Shown in pieces: positions 60,996 through 64,000 of a stretch of 64,000 bases of DNA. The stretch is from contig WJMI01000206.1 in the NCBI GenBank assembly GCA_014728015.1, positions 3,266 to 67,265 of the forward strand, given 5' to 3'. The stretch comes from Chitinivibrionales bacterium (GTDB lineage: Bacteria > Fibrobacterota > Chitinivibrionia > Chitinivibrionales > WJMI01). Both the position numbers and the translations under genes were made by a program. Position 1 is the first letter of the stretch. The number at the start of each line of letters is the position of its first letter. The notes beneath the pieces are model-generated. The model saw only the letters and a list, made by a program, of their open reading frames with translations. It was not told where the DNA came from and did no database searches.

Positions 60996-62306
60996 TCAGG
61001 GGGGCCCTTCGGTGCCCGCGAGTCCGAGCAGTTTGTCGCTGAGCTGATTGAACCGGTGAGAGAGGCCGGTGATCATGTTGCCCACCCACGGGCTGAGCTT
61101 GTCGAGCTCCAGTTCGACATCGTGCCGGTTCATGATGCGGATCGTGGTGGGATCGAGCGCGGTCACCGTAGCGGTTCGCGGTTCCTTGGTGAATATCGCG
61201 AGCTCGCCGACCGTTTCGCCCTTCCCCAGCTCGGCCAGCACGCGCTTCCGGCCGTCAACGGTCCTGCTTACCTCGACTTTTCCGCTGACAACCGTGAACG
61301 CGAAGTCACCCGTGTCCCCCTCCGCGAACACGCGCTCACCCGACTGCAGATTGCGCGTGCAGAACGCCTGCCCGGATTCGGAGAATGCGCGCAGATCCTC
61401 GAGTATGTCATGAAATGAGCCATACCGGTGTGACATGTCTTTTTCCAGCATGTTCTGGCAGATGTGGGAAAGCCGGCGCGGGACATCCGGGTTCACTTCG
61501 TGGGGCGAGGGCTGGCGCATCTCGCGGATGTTGTCCATGATTTCGTCCGCTGTAGTGCCCTCGAACGGGTGCGTGTCGGCAAGCAGCTCATACAGGATAA
61601 TGCCTGTTGAGAAGATGTCAGAAGCGGGAGTGAGATCGCCGCGGGGAGTGTTTGTCTGTTCCGGTGACATATAGGCCGGCGTTCCCAGAATGATGTCCTC
61701 GCGCTCCTGCTGAAACTCGGCGACTTCGGCGCCGCCCGCAAACGCGTGAACGTACTCGTTGAATGGCTGGTCATCATACAGGCGGGCGTTTCCCCAGTCC
61801 ATCACCAGCACCTGGCCGTAAGCGCCGAGCATGATATTGTCGGGCTTGAGATCGAGATGGATGACGCCCTTGTCGTGCACGTAGGCAAGCGTTTCGCACA
61901 GGGTGGTTATCACTTTCACGCTGTTCACAATAGATCGCGTCGGGGGGTCTTTCGTTCGCTCCATCTCCGCGGCAAGGCTGTAGCCCTCAATGAATTTCAT
62001 GCTGTACGACAGGCGGTTGTTCTCGAGCACGAACGTATCGAAAATTGATATTACACCGGGGTGGTCGAGGTAGCCGATGAGCTTGACCTCGTTGACGAAC
62101 GAACGCACGAGGTCTGCGTTCTCTCGCGCCGCATCCTTCAGCTGCTTAACCGCCACGATCCTGTTGAGGTAGACATCGAAACAGCTCGCGACCTGGGCGA
62201 TGCCGCCCTCGCCGGCCACACCAAGCTCGTTATACCGCTTCTGCGCGAGAATGTCGCGCAGAAGCCTGTTGCGGACCTCTTCTTTCGGCTTGCCGAACAG
62301 TCCCAT
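60996..62306 (-). CDS. serine/threonine protein kinase fused to a cyclic-nucleotide-binding domain
   Basis: ORF 60996..62447 trimmed to ATG 62306. VAVKQLKD, HLDLKPDNIML, DWGNARL, TPAYMSPEQ. C-terminal cNMP-binding fold (GERVFAEGDTGDFAFTVVSGKVEV...GETVGELAIFTKEPRTATVTA). Confidence 0.85.
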   Translation of the reverse strand: MGLFGKPKEEVRNRLLRDILAQKRYNELGVAGEGGIAQVASCFDVYLNRIVAVKQLKDAARENADLVRSFVNEVKLIGYLDHPGVISIFDTFVLENNRLSYSMKFIEGYSLAAEMERTKDPPTRSIVNSVKVITTLCETLAYVHDKGVIHLDLKPDNIMLGAYGQVLVMDWGNARLYDDQPFNEYVHAFAGGAEVAEFQQEREDIILGTPAYMSPEQTNTPRGDLTPASDIFSTGIILYELLADTHPFEGTTADEIMDNIREMRQPSPHEVNPDVPRRLSHICQNMLEKDMSHRYGSFHDILEDLRAFSESGQAFCTRNLQSGERVFAEGDTGDFAFTVVSGKVEVSRTVDGRKRVLAELGKGETVGELAIFTKEPRTATVTALDPTTIRIMNRHDVELELDKLSPWVGNMITGLSHRFNQLSDKLLGLAGTEGPP

Positions 62307-62462
62307 GGCGTGTTCTTTTTTTAGGTTGGCGGTATCCGAATCCCGTGGCGCCCTCAGACCTAAAGTATACCACCTGTGTACGTGATTTTCCAGCAAGCAG
62401 AGGGGGCGAAGGCACGGGCAAAACGGGAAGGCTTGGGCCGTTCCCAATCCCCAGGGGCCCGG

Positions 62463-63365
62463 TTACGAGATGCGCGTGTGGATGAACGACGCGAGCTCGC
62501 GGAGCATGGCGCCCTGTTCGCCAAACGGCCGTACATCGGCGTGGGCTTGTTCTATCAGCTCGGTGGCGTAGCGTTTGGATTCCTCCATGCCGCAGACCGA
62601 GGGAAACGTCGCCTTCCCCTTCTCCCGGTCGCTGCCTGCATCTTTGCCGAGCTGCTCCGTCGTGCCTTCTTCGTCGAGGATATCATCGACCACCTGGAAT
62701 GCCAGGCCGACATGGGTGCCATACGAGGACAACCGCTCCGTCTGCCCGGCCGTAGCGTTTGCCAGGAGCGCTCCGGTGCGCACGGATGCCCGTATCAGCG
62801 CGGCAGTCTTGTTGTGGTGGATGTATTCGACTGTCTGCCGGTCAACCGCGTGTTCCTCGGATTCGATGTCGACAACCTGCCCGCCAAGCATGCCGCCGGT
62901 ACCGAGAGCATCGGCTGTTTCGGAAATGATATCGACACGCCCGATGCGCGCGAGAACGCCGAAGGCGTGTATGCACAGGGCATCGCCGCCCAGCACCGCG
63001 AGCGCTTCGGTAAATGCCTTGTGGGCGGTAGGCTTCCCGCGCCTGAAATCGTCGTCATCCATGCACGGCAGATCGTCATGCATGAGCGAGAACGTGTGGA
63101 ACATTTCAAAGGCGGCGCATGCCTGAAGCGCTTGTTCGTCGCCGAACCGCCCCCCGCATGCCTGGTGAGATGCCATCAGGAGGCAGGGGCGGATTCGCTT
63201 GCCGCCGGCGAACATGCTGTAGCGCATCACCTGATGTATGGATACCGGGAATATGCCTTCTGCGGGAAGAAGCCCCTGGAGAGTTTCATCAGTTGCGGCC
63301 GCGACCGCACGGGCATACTCTTTTAGGTTATTCGTCAAAGTCTTCTCCGCCGACAACCGATGCAA
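62463..63365 (-). CDS. ispA: polyprenyl (farnesyl/geranylgeranyl) diphosphate synthase
   Basis: LMHDDLPCMDDDDFRRGKPTAH (first DDxxD) and FQVVDDILD (second). The ORF-track start at 63365 is TTG. A TTG at 63338 (11-nt overlap with xseB) is an equally plausible start, and no ATG is nearby. Confidence 0.85.
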   Translation of the reverse strand: MHRLSAEKTLTNNLKEYARAVAAATDETLQGLLPAEGIFPVSIHQVMRYSMFAGGKRIRPCLLMASHQACGGRFGDEQALQACAAFEMFHTFSLMHDDLPCMDDDDFRRGKPTAHKAFTEALAVLGGDALCIHAFGVLARIGRVDIISETADALGTGGMLGGQVVDIESEEHAVDRQTVEYIHHNKTAALIRASVRTGALLANATAGQTERLSSYGTHVGLAFQVVDDILDEEGTTEQLGKDAGSDREKGKATFPSVCGMEESKRYATELIEQAHADVRPFGEQGAMLRELASFIHTRIS

Positions 63366-63594
63366 GCGATATGCCGAGCGCCTTCTCGATAAACTCGCCG
63401 TCTTCGCCCGTAAGCAGCTCCTTGAGCGTACCCTCGGCGCTTTTTAGATGCGCATCGCACGCACGCAGGAGCTTGACGCCCTGCTCAAAATAGTCGAGCG
63501 CTTCGTCCAGGGCCAAATCATTGCTCTCGAGCTTTTCTATGAGTTTTTCGAGTTTTGTCAGAGATTCCTCAAATGACTCTTTTTTCCTGGCCAT
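63328..63594 (-). CDS. xseB: exodeoxyribonuclease VII small subunit
   Basis: ORF trimmed to ATG 63594. SFEESLTKLEKLIEKLESNDLALDEALDYFEQGVKLLRAC is the canonical XseB pattern. Confidence 0.85.
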   Translation of the reverse strand: MARKKESFEESLTKLEKLIEKLESNDLALDEALDYFEQGVKLLRACDAHLKSAEGTLKELLTGEDGEFIEKALGISLASVVGGEDFDE

Positions 63595-63618
63595 GGTTGA
63601 ATTCCTCACAGTATTCGT

Positions 63619-64000
63619 TTATTCCTCGACATCCCGCACCCGCGCCCCGGCGCGGCCCTTGTGGAATCGGAGCTTCAATAGCTCGCCGGATTTGATCTGT
63701 GCGGCATCCGTTACGCTCTTTCCGTCACTCTTCTGCACCACGCTATACCCGCGGCGCAATACCGCCAGGGGGCTGAGCGCGGCGAGCTGGGCGGCCGCGC
63801 GCTCCAGACGCGAGCGATGGCGGCCATACACATGGCCCAGCGCGCGGACCTGTCGGTCGCGCATCTCGTCGCATTCCTGGCGCGCCTCGGCGATCATGCG
63901 CACCGGCTTTCGCAGAGCGGGACGCGCGCGCAGCTCATCGACGCGGCGCCATACCGATACGAAATAGCGCTGCACGGATCCCGCAAGCCGCCGCGCGAGC
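63619..64000 (-). CDS. xseA: exodeoxyribonuclease VII large subunit, C-terminal part (gene continues beyond the right edge)
   Basis: LSPLAVLRRGYSVVQKSDGKSVTDAAQIKSGELLKLRFHKGRAGARV matches the XseA C-terminus. Position directly upstream of xseB. Confidence 0.75.
   Translation of the reverse strand, partial: LARRLAGSVQRYFVSVWRRVDELRARPALRKPVRMIAEARQECDEMRDRQVRALGHVYGRHRSRLERAAAQLAALSPLAVLRRGYSVVQKSDGKSVTDAAQIKSGELLKLRFHKGRAGARVRDVEE

Noticed and set aside
1-64000. Mobile elements, CRISPR arrays, prophage or canonical defence systems
   Set aside because: No transposase, integrase or recombinase-like ORF was seen. There are no terminal inverted repeats, no regularly spaced direct repeats, and no phage structural or restriction/abortive-infection signatures among the ORFs examined.

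Overview
64-kb window from a high-GC diderm bacterial chromosome. I count about 50 protein-coding genes and two decayed genes. I saw no rRNA, tRNA, CRISPR array, transposase or integrase. Coordinates follow the ORF track; starts were trimmed by hand where a signal peptide, Shine-Dalgarno box or stop/start overlap supported it.

Layout:
(1) 1.7-19.4 kb is one long minus-strand run. It holds an AcuI/YhdH reductase, a GH127-like enzyme, an unassigned TIM-barrel hydrolase, a LapA-like small membrane protein, GH3, GH31 and a nucleotide-sugar dehydrogenase. It continues with a Ser/Thr kinase plus degenerate-GGDEF pair, an ATGA-coupled anomeric sugar kinase and sugar-1-P nucleotidylyltransferase, and a Gfo/Idh/MocA oxidoreductase.
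(2) 19.5-28.2 kb is a plus-strand block. It holds a putative glycosyltransferase, three small unknown proteins, a frameshifted GH30-like gene with a T9SS-type C-terminal domain, and three tandem paralogues of an outer-membrane beta-barrel-like family I cannot place.
(3) 28.2-64 kb is mixed. It contains a ribulokinase relic, pfk with a poly-Lys insertion, a GH2 beta-mannosidase, a 707-aa GreA-like factor, arsC and an 877-aa secreted malectin/Big_2 protein. An A/T-richer patch follows, then a CsgG-like/PEGA envelope protein, an esterase, two convergent small OMP paralogues and a GH63-like enzyme. Next come a GTGA-coupled Zn-peptidase-like/ATP-grasp pair and a GHL6-like/lipoprotein/SDR/PPC operon. 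The window ends with a divergent ThyA-like gene, argCB, smc, an AraC-like regulator, a kinase-cNMP fusion and xseA-xseB-ispA.

The T9SS-type tails and glycoside-hydrolase load suggest an FCB-group polysaccharide degrader; this is inference only. No canonical defence or mobile system is visible. The best candidates for undescribed biology are the triplicated OMP-like family beside the T9SS cargo gene, the kinase/degenerate-GGDEF pair, the Zn-peptidase-like/ATP-grasp pair, the CsgG-like/PEGA fusion and a recurrent A/T-rich quasi-palindromic intergenic box. All family calls come from motif recognition by eye, not database searches.
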